DNA of 63,330 nt, filler included, from 17 parts of 17 records of this genome joined end to end with filler, not necessarily neighbours in it; one strand, 5' to 3'. Numbered from the whole stretch's first letter, positions 10,630 through 21,831 are shown. Notes: a model not told the origin generated them from the letters alone. Program-made: numbers and translations.

Positions 10630-12354
10630 ATGGATAACGTTGAACTTTCACCCGCAACACGCTGGGGGATGATTGCTACCGGATTACTTCAGGGTCTGGT
10701 TTGCTACCTGCTGATCGCCTGGCTTTCCGGAAAAAATCACAGTTGGATTGTTTATGGCGTGCCTGCGACCGTCGCGTTTTCATCCGTTTTACTCTTCTCC
10801 GTGATCTCTTTTAAACAGAAGCGCCTTTGGGGATGGCTGGCGCTAGTGTTTATTGCCACGCTGGGGATGAGCGGCTGGCTGAAGTGGCAAACTGATGGCA
10901 TGAACCCCTGGAGAGCTGAAAAGGCGCTTTGGGATTTTGGTTGCTATCTGCTGTTGATGGCAATGTTGTTGCTACCGTGGATACAACAAAGCCTTCGCAT
11001 CCGCAATGACAGTAGCCGCTATCGCTATTTTTACCAGTCAGTATGGCATAACGTACTTATATTACTGGTGATTTTTCTCGCCAATGGCTTGACGTGGCTG
11101 GTGCTTTTACTGTGGAGTGAGTTGTTTAAACTTGTTGGCATCACGTTTTTCAATACGCTCTTTTTTGCAACCGACTGGTTTATTTATCTCACGTTAGGTC
11201 TGGTTACCGCGCTGGCGGTGATCCTCGCGCGAACACAGTCACGTTTAATCGACTCTATTCAAAAGTTGTTCACGTTAATCGCCACGGGGTTGCTGCCGTT
11301 AGTATCATTGCTAACCCTGATGTTTATCATCACCCTGCCGTTTACGGGCCTGAGCGCGATTTCTCGCCACATCTCCGCCGCCGGGTTGCTGTTGACGCTG
11401 GCCTTTTTGCAATTGATCTTAATGGCTATTGTCCGCGATCCGCAAAAAGCGTCACTTCCCTGGACAGGGCCGTTGCGTTGCCTGATTAAAACCGCTTTGC
11501 TGGTTGCTCCGCTGTATGTGTTCGTCGCCGCCTGGGCGTTATGGCTGCGGGTCGCTCAGTACGGCTGGACTGTCGACCGCTTGCAGGGCGTGCTGGCGGT
11601 GCTGGTGTTACTGGTGTGGTCGCTGGGGTATTTTGTCAGCATCGTCTGGCGTAAAGGGCAAAATCCCGTTGTTCTTCAGGGCAAAGTGAACCTTGCGGTT
11701 TCGTTATTGGTGTTGGTGATACTGGTGCTTCTTAATTCGCCGGTGCTGGACAGTATGCGCATTAGCGTGAACAGCCATATGGCGCGTTATCAGAGCGGCA
11801 AAAACACGTCAGACCAGGTAACTATCTACATGCTCGAGCAGAGCGGTCGCTATGGACGTGCTGCGCTTGAGTCGCTGAAAAGCGATGCCGGGTTTATGAA
11901 AGACCCGAAACGCGCGCGGGATCTGCTGATGGCGTTAGATGGAGAGCAACATCTTCAGCAACAGGTATCGGAAAAAGTATTAGCCGATAATGTGTTAATT
12001 GCCCCTGGTTCTGTTAAACCTGATGCGACATTCTGGTCGGCCTTAATCCAGGATCGCTATAACGTGATGACCTGTATTGAAAAAGACGCCTGCGTCCTGG
12101 TCGAGCAAGATCTGAATAGTGATGGTCAGGCGGAGCGGATCCTGTTTGCTTTTAATGATGACAGAGTCATTGTCTATGGCTTTGACTCAGACAGAAAAGA
12201 ATGGGACGCGCTTGATATGAGTTTACTTCCGAACGAAATAACGAAAGAAAAATTACTCACAGCTGCGAAGGATGGAAAACTGGGGACGAAGCCTAAAGCG
12301 TGGCGCGATCTTGTAGTGGATGGTGAAAGGCTGAATGTGAATCTGAATGAGTGA
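10630..12354 (+). CDS. yhgE: DUF4153-family inner membrane protein YhgE
   Basis: 574 aa, many TM segments, [11 protein letters not shown]; lies between pck and hslO. Confidence 0.9.
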
Positions 12355-12384
12355 CAAAGCGCATCAGGTGTATTAGTCGTAAAA

Positions 12385-12408
12385 TCCGGCAGAGCCCTCT
12401 CTGCCGGA
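12385..12408. terminator. Hairpin between convergent yhgE and hslO
   Basis: TCCGGCAGAG-ccct-CTCTGCCGGA. Confidence 0.65.
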
Positions 12409-12416
12409 CATACTCA

Positions 12417-13295
12417 TTAATGAACTTGCGGATCTGCCGGAGACGCGTTGTTGCGGATTTCAGCAATATCCATCGCATTGAACAGATAGTGGTTACCGCA
12501 GTAATCACAATGCATGTCAATTTCGCCATCTTCCGCCAGGATGCTATCAACTTCTTCATCAGGCAGCGTTTTCAGCGCATCGGCGCAACGTTCACGCGAG
12601 CAGGTGCATTTGAACTCCACATCCTGCGGATCGTAAACCGTCACCTCTTCTTCGTGATACAAACGCCACAACACTTCGTTTGCCGGTAAGGTCAGCAGTT
12701 CTTCGGTTTTGATGGTTTCGGTTAGCGTCGCCAGGTGGTCAAAGTCGTCCTGCTGGGCATTTTGCGCAGGCATTACCTGCAACAACATACCGCCTGCAGC
12801 CGGTTTGCCGTCTACGTCGCCGGTGCGAATAAACAGGCGCGTCGGCAGCTGTTCAGAACGCATAAAGTAATCTTCCAGGCAGGCCGCCAGGGTATCACCT
12901 TCCAGACCAACTACGCCCTGATAGCGTTCGCCTTCGCTCGGGGTAATGGTGATCACCACGTAACCATTGCCGACCAGCGTTTTCAGGTCGGCATTTTCTG
13001 GAATTTCGCCCTGCACGCGCGCCACACCGCGCATCTGCTGGTTATTGTTACCGTTAATAACCGCCAGATTCATCGGACCGTCGCCCTGCAGCTGTACGGT
13101 GATATCACCATCAAACTTCAGCGTAGCGGTTAACAGGCTGGTCGCAACCAGCAGTTCTGCCAGCACGTTTTTAACGGGCTGCGGATAATCGTGGTTCTCA
13201 AGGATCTGTTGCAGGGTTTCCGAAACGGTTACCAGTTCGCCGCGCACGGCAAAGTTTTCAAACAGATAGCGATGTAATTGGTCATGTTGCGGCAT
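12417..13295 (-). CDS. hslO: Redox-regulated chaperone Hsp33
   Basis: Zinc motif CTCS...CDYC; 292 aa from MPQHDQ. Confidence 0.96.
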   Translation of the reverse strand: MPQHDQLHRYLFENFAVRGELVTVSETLQQILENHDYPQPVKNVLAELLVATSLLTATLKFDGDITVQLQGDGPMNLAVINGNNNQQMRGVARVQGEIPENADLKTLVGNGYVVITITPSEGERYQGVVGLEGDTLAACLEDYFMRSEQLPTRLFIRTGDVDGKPAAGGMLLQVMPAQNAQQDDFDHLATLTETIKTEELLTLPANEVLWRLYHEEEVTVYDPQDVEFKCTCSRERCADALKTLPDEEVDSILAEDGEIDMHCDYCGNHYLFNAMDIAEIRNNASPADPQVH

Positions 13296-13319
13296 AATCA
13301 TCTCTCTTGCAGGTGACAG

Positions 13320-13720
13320 TTATTCACTGTCGCCGTGTTTAAATCGTAACAGGTCGCGGCGCTCTTTTTGTCCGGGCGTCGGTCCGGGTGCGGCATGGTT
13401 AAGGCATTAAGTTTACGTGCCAGCGCCATTTTTTCGCGTTTCTCTACACTTTCCGCAGTCTCTTCATACAGCAAGGCTGCCTCGCTGGCGGGGCGACGCT
13501 GTTCAGTAATCGCCTTTACAATCACCGTGCGTTCGTCATTTCCCTGGCGCAGAGTGAGCGTGGCATTCAGCTCGACGATTTTGCTCGGCTTGCTGCGCTG
13601 CCCGTTGTAATGCACCTTACCGCCTTCAATCATTTCACGGGCCAGCGCGCGGGTTTTATAAAAACGGGCAGCCCATAGCCATTTATCCAGTCGAACCTCA
13701 ACAGCAGGTTTCTCTTTCAT
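13320..13720 (-). CDS. hslR: Ribosome-associated heat shock protein Hsp15; apparent -1 frameshift at 13365-13369
   Basis: S4 motif RLDKWLWAARFYKTR; the expected C-terminus ERRDLLRFKHGDSE is present in a shifted frame. Confidence 0.93.
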
Positions 13721-13730
13721 GGCGTCTCCT

Positions 13731-14399
13731 TCACATTAGCGAGGGGATCAGGCGGCGGTAGTCATTCAGTGACGGATGGCGTTGATACTGTTTCTCGGCA
13801 ATCCCGGAATCAGGATTAGTCACGCCGAGGCAGTAACGAATACCAAATTGCGCGGCAGCATCGAGAATCGCTTCGCTGTCATCAATAAACAGCGTTCTTT
13901 CAGCTTTCAGACCCGTAGCTTCGGCCACCGCATGCCATAACCGCTGATCCTCTTTCGGATAACCAAATGTGTGGGTGGAAAGTAATAAATCAAGGTGTGC
14001 GTCCAGACCGGTATGCTCAAGTTTTACCGCCAGGTTGTGCGGATGCGCATTGGTGAGCAAAATTCGCTGCTTACCGCTGGCTTTCAGTGCCTCAAGAAAC
14101 GGAATGGTATCTTCACGCAGTACGGCACGCGGTCCCATCTCGGTGGTCATCGCACAGATATCCAGACCCAGTTGCTCACTCCAGTAATCAAGACAGTACC
14201 AGTTTAGCGTATGCTGTACGTCGTGATATTGCTGGCGCATATATTCCATCGCTTCCTGTGGCGTAACCCCGTTTTTCGCGCCCCATGTTTCAGGCACCAG
14301 CTTTTGCCAGAAATAGTTATCGAAGGCGAGGTCGAGCAACGTGCCGTCCATATCCAGCAGAACGGTATCTACGTCCTGCCAGGCAATGTTGATATGCAT
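13731..14399 (-). CDS. yrfG: HAD-family purine nucleotidase YrfG
   Basis: DMDGTLLD and FIDD motifs; 222 aa from MHINIAW. Confidence 0.93.
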   Translation of the reverse strand: MHINIAWQDVDTVLLDMDGTLLDLAFDNYFWQKLVPETWGAKNGVTPQEAMEYMRQQYHDVQHTLNWYCLDYWSEQLGLDICAMTTEMGPRAVLREDTIPFLEALKASGKQRILLTNAHPHNLAVKLEHTGLDAHLDLLLSTHTFGYPKEDQRLWHAVAEATGLKAERTLFIDDSEAILDAAAQFGIRYCLGVTNPDSGIAEKQYQRHPSLNDYRRLIPSLM

Positions 14400-14463
14400 G
14401 AGGGAAATCTCCAGAGTGAAGCAATTTGCGCGACAGGGTAGCATAACCTGCCGCGCAAACGTG

Positions 14464-16599
14464 TTATTCGATAAGGCTTTCTGAAGGGGTGATCAGTTGC
14501 GGGTTCAGGCAGCTTTCATAATAGGCCTGAATCTCCATCATGCGAGTGCGATGACGCTGGTAACGACGCCAGGCCTGTACGCCATTGTAAATGGCGCTAC
14601 CCAGCATCGTCAGTAGCAGCAATGTGGTGCTGAGATAGCGCCACAGGCCGGAACGATCCGGGATCGGATGAAGGCCAATATGCTGCGTACCATTGGCGTC
14701 AGTGAAGATTTTTGTGACGATACCCTCGGCGTTAAACGGCGTATGCATCAGCATTTGTGCCAGTTTCTGGAAAGCGTTCCACTGTTCTTGCGGCGGGTAG
14801 TCGTAAAGTGATGCCGAAGGCCAGGGCTGATCAACAAAATCGCTGCCTTCGTCGCTGACAATCAGGAATCCGCCGGGGGCCGGACTGTTTAGTGATTGTG
14901 CCGCTCGCGCCGTTTCATGCGTGATAAACGGCGCGGTGGAGGTTGCCACCAGGTTATCCAGCGATTCCGCACTCACCGGGCGTAATAACACATTCACGCC
15001 ATCGAGCTTCCCGGCGTTGGCGCGTTTTACCAGCGCGTCCCAGTCTTTACTGTTGCCGAGATTGACCAGCGCATTTTTCAGTCGCACACAGTCATCTTTG
15101 GCAGAACATAAATCCGCTGTCTTCAGTACAATGTCGCCAAAATCATCAAGCAATACCATGCCGGATTTTTGAATTGCTGAACGTAATGAGGCACTGACGC
15201 GAGATTCATCTTCCGGTTTAGGGTGCAGCTGGCGATTAACTGCTTCAGTCAATGCCGTCGCTTTGTTGACCAGTTCAGATTCTGGTAATGGCAATGAGCG
15301 GGCGTCGTTCCAGATGATCTGCGAGCAGTCAAACGGTAAAAAAGGTGAATTGGTTTTCGCGCTCCAGGTTCCGGAAGTTCGAATATTACACATTCCCGTA
15401 CCGCTAATACGCAATGTATCGCCTACCCGCACGCCAGCGTCAGCCAGTTGTTTTACGCTGGTGGCTTCAATGGTCTGCGCGCCTTTCATCCATGAGAGAG
15501 TGAATTTCAGCGGCATATCCAGCGGGATCCAGAATAACAGCATAAACAGCACCAGCAGCGAGCCCGCAGCGATAATCGTACTGCGCAGCCAGTGCTGTAA
15601 CGGAAAGTTTTTTACTTCATCATGCAGCGAAAGATATCGTCCCTGACGCACTACATGGCGGTCGAGATAGATATCGATATCGGTTTGTTGACCGAGATCC
15701 TGAGCAATGTATGGCTGCCAGTGTGCGGGATAGACCAGGTCGATAATACCGAGTGAAATATTGTTGATCTGTTCCTGATCGTTTTCGCCAAACAATCCCC
15801 AACGACGGGGTGTACCGCGCAGACAATGAATTTCCCGCAGGGAGGATTTTGCCGGGGGCGCGAATAGCCCCCACAGACCTGCGCCCAGCAGCAGTAACGC
15901 GCCGCCTGCCAGCCACGGAACAAATACATCCGGGGTAATCAGGCAGAAAAAGAACATCAGGAAGGAGGCGACGATCAGCAACGCTTCACGCAGCCCGCGC
16001 GGACGACTCAGCGCATATTCTTCATGCGTTTCTTTGCGAATATTGAGTAGCTCGATTTGCTCACTCTCTTCCCCGCGAATCGACGCCTGCGTTGACGGAA
16101 CAGGTTGCAAGGCATAGCTGCGAGTTTCCTGCATGTACTCCTGCAGCGTATGACCGTTGAGTGAAATAACCAGCGGCAGCGAATCGGTATGAATCAGTTC
16201 AACGGTATTCTCATCGTTGATGTACTGTTCCCAGAAAGGGGGCAGGTGGACTTCTACCGAATCGAGGTAGTAACGCCATTTATTCGGATCGTCGGTAGAG
16301 ATGCCGTAACGCGTGATAGCGTGTGTCAGCATCATGACGTTGTTGCTTTCGGCATTCAGCGCCAGAGAGATCGGTGCCGCGCTGGCTCCCGTTGGGCCAG
16401 GCACCTGTAATACCTGCGTCAGGCTCTCAAGATAATTTTCAACGGCGCTACGTTCTTCAGGTGTGAGTTTACGCGTTTGCGCATCCGCGAAGGCGTTGGT
16501 CCAGGGCAGCTGACGCCGTCTGGATCGCACTTTTATCAGCCATCCCGCAAGTAGTGAGCAGGCCAGCAAAGCAGCTAAAAAAATCACAATGGTGCTCAT
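14464..16599 (-). CDS. igaA: Rcs phosphorelay inhibitor IgaA (YrfF)
   Basis: 711-aa membrane protein; recognised sequence and synteny. Confidence 0.93.
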   Translation of the reverse strand: MSTIVIFLAALLACSLLAGWLIKVRSRRRQLPWTNAFADAQTRKLTPEERSAVENYLESLTQVLQVPGPTGASAAPISLALNAESNNVMMLTHAITRYGISTDDPNKWRYYLDSVEVHLPPFWEQYINDENTVELIHTDSLPLVISLNGHTLQEYMQETRSYALQPVPSTQASIRGEESEQIELLNIRKETHEEYALSRPRGLREALLIVASFLMFFFCLITPDVFVPWLAGGALLLLGAGLWGLFAPPAKSSLREIHCLRGTPRRWGLFGENDQEQINNISLGIIDLVYPAHWQPYIAQDLGQQTDIDIYLDRHVVRQGRYLSLHDEVKNFPLQHWLRSTIIAAGSLLVLFMLLFWIPLDMPLKFTLSWMKGAQTIEATSVKQLADAGVRVGDTLRISGTGMCNIRTSGTWSAKTNSPFLPFDCSQIIWNDARSLPLPESELVNKATALTEAVNRQLHPKPEDESRVSASLRSAIQKSGMVLLDDFGDIVLKTADLCSAKDDCVRLKNALVNLGNSKDWDALVKRANAGKLDGVNVLLRPVSAESLDNLVATSTAPFITHETARAAQSLNSPAPGGFLIVSDEGSDFVDQPWPSASLYDYPPQEQWNAFQKLAQMLMHTPFNAEGIVTKIFTDANGTQHIGLHPIPDRSGLWRYLSTTLLLLTMLGSAIYNGVQAWRRYQRHRTRMMEIQAYYESCLNPQLITPSESLIE
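14483..14509 (-). promoter_or_regulatory. Possible sigma32 promoter for yrfG-hslR-hslO inside the igaA 3' end
   Basis: CCTGAA-N14-CCCCTT on the minus strand resembles CTTGAA-N13/14-CCCCAT; lies upstream of heat-shock genes. Confidence 0.45.
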
Positions 16600-16918
16600 G
16601 CTTTCCCCATCTTACTTAGTCTGTCAGGCGTGGTCAGTCGCACCGGACACAATACATGATTCTGCGGTTGGCTATCGGCAAGCGTGGAGTTTAACTTGAG
16701 CATCATTAAGCACATCACAGTAACCGCTGATCATAGCAAACCCTCTGAAGGCGGAATATCAGCAAATTCCTGGAGTTATTTCAACCTATTGACTTTTAAT
16801 TTGATTTGAGGACGATTATTTATTAAGTTACATAAATGTAAATAACATGCAATTCACATTGCCGAAAGCGTGTCCGATATCGCACAATAACCGCTGATTT
16901 CACAGCATAGATCCCACG

Positions 16919-17480
16919 ATGAGCAAATCATTACAAAAACCCACCATTCTGAATGTTGAAACTGTAGCCCGTTCCCGACTGTTTACCGTCGAGAGCGTGG
17001 ATCTGGAGTTCAGCAATGGCGTGCGGCGTGTTTATGAACGAATGCGTCCAACCAACCGGGAAGCAGTGATGATTGTGCCGATTGTGGACGATCACCTGAT
17101 CCTGATCCGCGAATACGCAGTGGGAACTGAATCCTACGAATTAGGTTTTTCGAAAGGATTAATTGATCCGGGTGAAAGCGTCTACGAAGCCGCTAACCGC
17201 GAGCTAAAAGAAGAGGTTGGATTTGGAGCGAACGATCTGACTTTTTTTGAAGAAGCTCAGCATGGCACCGTCTTACTTTTCCAGCAAAATGAATATCGTG
17301 GTAGCGCAAGATCTCTACCCGGAATCACTGGAAGGCGATGAGCCAGAGCCGCTACCACAGGTGCGCTGGCCGCTGGCGCATATGATGGATTTGCTGGAAG
17401 ACCCTGACTTCAATGAAGCGCGCAATGTCAGTGCGCTGTTCCTCGTGCGCGAATGGTTGAAAGGGCAGGGGCGAGTGTAA
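16919..17480 (+). CDS. nudE: ADP-compound hydrolase NudE; apparent +1 frameshift at 17242-17248
   Basis: Nudix box GLIDPGESVYEAANRELKEEVG; C-terminal half continues in ORF 17247-17480. Confidence 0.93.
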
Positions 17481-17491
17481 ATGCGTGAAGT

Positions 17492-17593
17492 TTGCCTGAT
17501 GCACAATGTTTATCAGGCTTATGGGGTTTCTGCAATTTATTGAGTTTTCACGATTTTGTTAGCCGGATAACGCGTTCACGCCGTATCCGGCAT
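17492..17593. repeat. Inverted pair of REP elements (BIME)
   Basis: TGCCTGATGC...TTATCAGGC and GCCGGATAA...GTATCCGGCA. Confidence 0.85.
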
Positions 17594-17620
17594 AAACAAG
17601 TGCACTTTGTCAGCAAACTG

Positions 17621-17643
17621 AAAAGGCGCCGAAGCGCCTTTTT
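17621..17643. terminator. Bidirectional intrinsic terminator nudE/mrcA
   Basis: AAAAGGCGC-cgaa-GCGCCTTTTT. Confidence 0.85.
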
Positions 17644-17645
17644 AA

Positions 17646-20198
17646 TCAGAACAATTCCTGTGCCTCGCCATTATCGATAATGGTCGTTCCCACCTCGTGC
17701 ACTGCCTGTTGTGTCGGCTGCGTACCTTCGATGAAATACTCTTCGCGGCTGTTGCCACCATTAGCTAACTGCCCGGTGCTGCGATCGATATTCACCGTCA
17801 CAATACCCGGTGGCGGCGTCAGCGGCTGCTCCGGCACACCTTCAAGAACGGCTTTCATATAAGCGTCCCATGCAGGCTGGGCACTCTTGGCACCGCCTTC
17901 GTAACCTGAGATCTGATCTTTAATCGCTCCGGAAGCCGTTGTATGACCGAGATTACGACGGTGATCATCAAAGCCAATCCAGACCGAGGTCACAACGCCC
18001 GGACCGTAACCCGAGAACCACGCATCTTTCGAACTGTTAGTGGTCCCGGTTTTCCCGCCGATATCGCGACGCTGCAAATCACGACCTGCACGCCAGCCAG
18101 TACCCTGCCAGCCTGGCTCACCAAAGATATTGGTGTTCAAAGCACTCTTAATCAGGAATGCCAGCGGAGTGTTGATGACGTGCGGTGCGTACTCCTGCGC
18201 GCCAGTCTTCGCCACTAACGCCTGATTTGCCTGCTCCAGCTGCGGCATTGGTACAGAAACATTCTGCTGCTCGCGGGAGATAGCGACATCTTCAACATCG
18301 TTATTTTCCAGCACGTTCGATTTCTGCGTATCACCGTAAATCACCGGAATATCGCATTCCGGGCAGGCTACTTTCGGTTTCGCTTCGAAAATCACGCCGC
18401 CCTGATCGTTTTCAATTTTGCTGATAAACCACGGGTCCACCAGGAAGCCGCCGTTCGCCATGACCGCGTAGCCGCGCGCCACCTGCATTGGGGTGAAGGA
18501 CGCTGAACCCAGCGCCAGCGATTCGGTGTGGACAATGTTTTGTGCCGGGAAGCCGAAGCGTTGCAGATATTCTGCAGCGTAGTCGACGCCCATCGCCCGC
18601 ATTGCGCGTACCATCACCACGTTTTTCGACTGACCCAGCCCCTGACGTAAGCGAATTGGACCAGCATACTGCGGTGGTGAGTTCTTCGGCTGCCAGTCAG
18701 AACCGGCACTTGCATCCCAGCGAGAAATTGGCACATCGTTCAACATACTTGCCAGCGTCAGACCTTTATCCATCGCCGCGGTGTAGAGGAACGGTTTGAT
18801 GTTGGAACCCACCTGACGCAGTGCCTGGGTGGCGCGGTTAAACTTGCTCTGATTGAAATCAAAGCCACCGACCAGCGCCATAACAGCACCGTTTTGCGGA
18901 TTGATCGACACCAGCGCCGAGTTCACTTCCGGCACTTGTGCCAGCCACCATGCATCGCCAACCTGACGAACCCAGATTTGCTGACCCGTTTGCAGAACAT
19001 CGGTCACTTTACGCGGCGTCGGTCCTTGCTGAGTATCCGAACGGTAAGGACGCGCCCAGCGAACGCCTTCCATACTCAATGCGACGGTCGACCCGTCCGC
19101 CAGCATCGCCGTCGCTTGCTGAGGATTGGCGCTGGTGACTGCGGCAGGCAGCAGCGGACCATAGGTTGGCAGCGCCTTCAGCGTATCGGTAATCTTGTTG
19201 TTATCCCACGCCGACTCGCCCACTTTCCACAGCACATTTGCCGGGCCGCGATAGCCGTGGCGCATGTCGTAGTCCAGCACGTTATTACGTACCGCCTGCT
19301 GCGCGGCCTGCTGCACTTTGCGGGTGATGGTGGTGTAAATGCGATAACCGTCTTCATAGGCACTTTCGCCATAACGGTTATACATCTCCTGGCGCACCAT
19401 TTCGCTCAGGTACGGCGCAGAGAAAGCAATCTCCGGCGCGTGATAGTTAGCGTTAATCGCCTCAGTGCGTGTCTGATCGAACTGTTGTTGGGTGATATAC
19501 CCTTCATCCAGCATCCGCGACAGCACGACGTTACGCCGCGCGACGGCACGATCCATCGAGTAGAGCGGGTTGAAGGTGGAAGGCGCTTTCGGCAGCCCGG
19601 CTATCACCGCCATTTCGTTCAGCGTCAGTTGGTCGACCGTTTTTCCGAAATAGACTTGTGCCGCAGCACCGACACCATAGGCGCGGTAACCAAGGTAAAT
19701 CTTGTTCAGATAAAGCTCGAGGATCTCGTCTTTCGTCAGCAGCTGTTCAATGCGAATCGCGAGGAAGACTTCCTTAATCTTACGCATCAGCGTGCGTTCT
19801 GGACTGAGGAAGAAGTTTCTCGCCAGCTGCTGGGTAATGGTACTTGCCCCTTGTGACGCGTGACCGGAGAACAGCGCCACGCTTGCTGCACGGAAGATCC
19901 CCACCGGGTCAACGCCGTGATGCTCGTAGAAGCGGCTGTCTTCTGTCGCGATAAAGGCTTTCACCATCTCCGGTGGGATTTGATCCAACGTAACCGGAAT
20001 ACGACGTTTCTCACCGTATTGAGCAATCAGCTCGCCATCGGCGCTGTAAATCTGCATCGGAATTTGCAGGCGAACATCTTTTAATGTCGCCACATCCGGC
20101 AGTTGTGGCTCGATGTAGCGGTATAGGCCATAAATCGAGCCTGCTCCCAGCAGAATGCAACAGACTGCAAGGATCAAAAAATACTTTACGAACTTCAC
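17646..20198 (-). CDS. mrcA: Penicillin-binding protein 1A (850 aa, GTG start)
   Basis: Glycosyltransferase motifs EDSRFYEH, GASTITQQ; transpeptidase motifs SNIK, SKN, KTG. Confidence 0.97.
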   Translation of the reverse strand: MKFVKYFLILAVCCILLGAGSIYGLYRYIEPQLPDVATLKDVRLQIPMQIYSADGELIAQYGEKRRIPVTLDQIPPEMVKAFIATEDSRFYEHHGVDPVGIFRAASVALFSGHASQGASTITQQLARNFFLSPERTLMRKIKEVFLAIRIEQLLTKDEILELYLNKIYLGYRAYGVGAAAQVYFGKTVDQLTLNEMAVIAGLPKAPSTFNPLYSMDRAVARRNVVLSRMLDEGYITQQQFDQTRTEAINANYHAPEIAFSAPYLSEMVRQEMYNRYGESAYEDGYRIYTTITRKVQQAAQQAVRNNVLDYDMRHGYRGPANVLWKVGESAWDNNKITDTLKALPTYGPLLPAAVTSANPQQATAMLADGSTVALSMEGVRWARPYRSDTQQGPTPRKVTDVLQTGQQIWVRQVGDAWWLAQVPEVNSALVSINPQNGAVMALVGGFDFNQSKFNRATQALRQVGSNIKPFLYTAAMDKGLTLASMLNDVPISRWDASAGSDWQPKNSPPQYAGPIRLRQGLGQSKNVVMVRAMRAMGVDYAAEYLQRFGFPAQNIVHTESLALGSASFTPMQVARGYAVMANGGFLVDPWFISKIENDQGGVIFEAKPKVACPECDIPVIYGDTQKSNVLENNDVEDVAISREQQNVSVPMPQLEQANQALVAKTGAQEYAPHVINTPLAFLIKSALNTNIFGEPGWQGTGWRAGRDLQRRDIGGKTGTTNSSKDAWFSGYGPGVVTSVWIGFDDHRRNLGHTTASGAIKDQISGYEGGAKSAQPAWDAYMKAVLEGVPEQPLTPPPGIVTVNIDRSTGQLANGGNSREEYFIEGTQPTQQAVHEVGTTIIDNGEAQELF
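20131..20152 (+). promoter_or_regulatory. Possible CRP-S (Sxy-dependent) site for the hof operon, inside the mrcA 5' end
   Basis: ATCGA-N6-TCCCA, a degenerate match to TGCGA-N6-TCGCA; hof genes belong to the CRP-S regulon. Confidence 0.3.
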
Positions 20199-20317
20199 TG
20201 GAAATTTCCCATTTAGTTTCATTTGGGCAGTTTATAAACAAACGCGCGGTAGTATAAAGGCAAGCCAGACGCATTGATATACCCGTCAGAGTGACGGGTG
20301 ATAAGGAGATCATCACA

Positions 20318-21097
20318 ATGGCATTTAAGATCTGGCAAATTGGTTTGCATTTACAACAGCAAGAAGCGGTAGCGGTTGCGATCGTGCGGGGCGCAAAAGA
20401 ATGCTTTTTGCAACGCTGGTGGCGGTTGCCGCTGGAGAACGACATTATCAAAGATGGGCGGATTGTTGATGCGCAGCAGCTGGCTAAAACGTTGTTACCG
20501 TGGAGTCGCGAACTGCCGCAGCGTCATCACATTATGTTGGCGTTTCCCGCCAGTCGCACATTACAGCGGTCATTTCCGCGCCCGTCGATGTCCCTTGGTG
20601 AGCGGGAGCAAACGGCCTGGCTGTCAGGGACGATGGCCCGCGAGCTGGATATGGATCCGGACTCCCTGCGCTTCGATTACAGCGAAGACTCACTCAGTCC
20701 CGCCTATAACGTGACTGCCGCGCAAAGCAAAGAGCTGGCAACGCTGCTTACTCTGGCAGAAAGGTTGCGTGTTCATGTGAGCGCGATCACCCCGGATGCC
20801 AGTGCATTACAGCGATTCCTGCCTTTTTTACCTTCTCATCAGCAATGTCTGGCCTGGCGTGATAACGAACAGTGGCTGTGGGCGACGCGCTATAGCTGGG
20901 GGCGCAAACTGGCGGTGGGGATGACTAGCGCGAAGGAGCTGGCGGCAGCGTTATCCGTTGATCCCGAAAGCGTCGCGATATGTGGCGAAGGCGGATTTGA
21001 TCCCTGGGAGGCCGTTTCTGTTCGTCAGCCGCCGCTACCGCCGCCAGGTGGAGACTTTGCCATCGCGCTGGGGCTGGCGCTTGGGAAGGCGTACTGA
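20318..21097 (+). CDS. hofM: DNA utilization protein HofM (YrfD, PilM-like)
   Basis: 259 aa from MAFKIWQIGL; divergent from mrcA. Confidence 0.92.
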   Translation: MAFKIWQIGLHLQQQEAVAVAIVRGAKECFLQRWWRLPLENDIIKDGRIVDAQQLAKTLLPWSRELPQRHHIMLAFPASRTLQRSFPRPSMSLGEREQTAWLSGTMARELDMDPDSLRFDYSEDSLSPAYNVTAAQSKELATLLTLAERLRVHVSAITPDASALQRFLPFLPSHQQCLAWRDNEQWLWATRYSWGRKLAVGMTSAKELAAALSVDPESVAICGEGGFDPWEAVSVRQPPLPPPGGDFAIALGLALGKAY

Positions 21098-21108
21098 TGA
21101 ACCCGCCA
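21097..21108 (+). CDS. hofN: First four codons of HofN (MNPP), cut by the spacer
   Basis: TGATG overlap with the hofM stop; operon order. Confidence 0.65.
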
Positions 21109-21208
21109 NNNNNNNNNNNNNNNNNNNNNNNNNNNNNNNNNNNNNNNNNNNNTTAATTAATTAANNNNNNNNNNNNNNNNNNNNNNNNNNNNNNNNNNNN
21201 NNNNNNNN

Positions 21209-21520
21209 CGGAATTCCTATGCGGGCATGCACTTCCGCGACGGTATGCTGGATTTGTATTAGCCTTTCGACATCGTCAACCTGGGCAGAAAGCACGTTAA
21301 TAATCCAGCGTTCCATCGCACTCTTCAACTGCCGCTCAACTTGTTCATTACTCAAGAATTCTTCGGCATGCGGGTCGATGCGGACAATTCGATAAAACTC
21401 GATACTCAGATAATGAGCATGCGCAACGGCAATTTCCGCGGCTTTAGCACGAATGGGCGGATCTGCCTGTTCGACAAGTCCGGTCCACTCATCTTTCATT
21501 CTTTTAAAATACATCTCCAT
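21209..21520 (-). CDS. dosC: Oxygen-sensing diguanylate cyclase DosC (YddV), globin N-terminal part
   Basis: MEMYFKRMKDEW...VAEVHARIGIP globin-sensor sequence. Confidence 0.93.
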
Positions 21521-21557
21521 AATTCACACCCTTATAAGGCTGGGAAATCAGACGGAA

Positions 21558-21599
21558 TCAAAATGAAACGCAACGTGCGAGATCGACTAACTGCACCAT
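21558..21599 (-). CDS. yddY: 13-aa small protein [13 protein letters not shown] (YddY)
   Basis: Read manually; CAGGAG RBS just upstream of the ATG; matches my recollection of YddY. Confidence 0.65.
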
Positions 21600-21831
21600 A
21601 TTCTCCTGAAATATGAAGATATACTGAAAAGAAATAAGCGATTTAGGACAGTTTCAATCTACGCTACTGTTCTTCAGAAGAGTATAGCCCATCGTAATTA
21701 TTTTTCGGTGACAGCGAATATCGTATGGTTTTTCATATTCATACATTTTTATTAGGGATTTATGGCTGTTTAACTAAGTGTGGTTAATTTGACTTAAGTA
21801 AGCATGATTATTAGTGGGATAGTTTAAGAGG

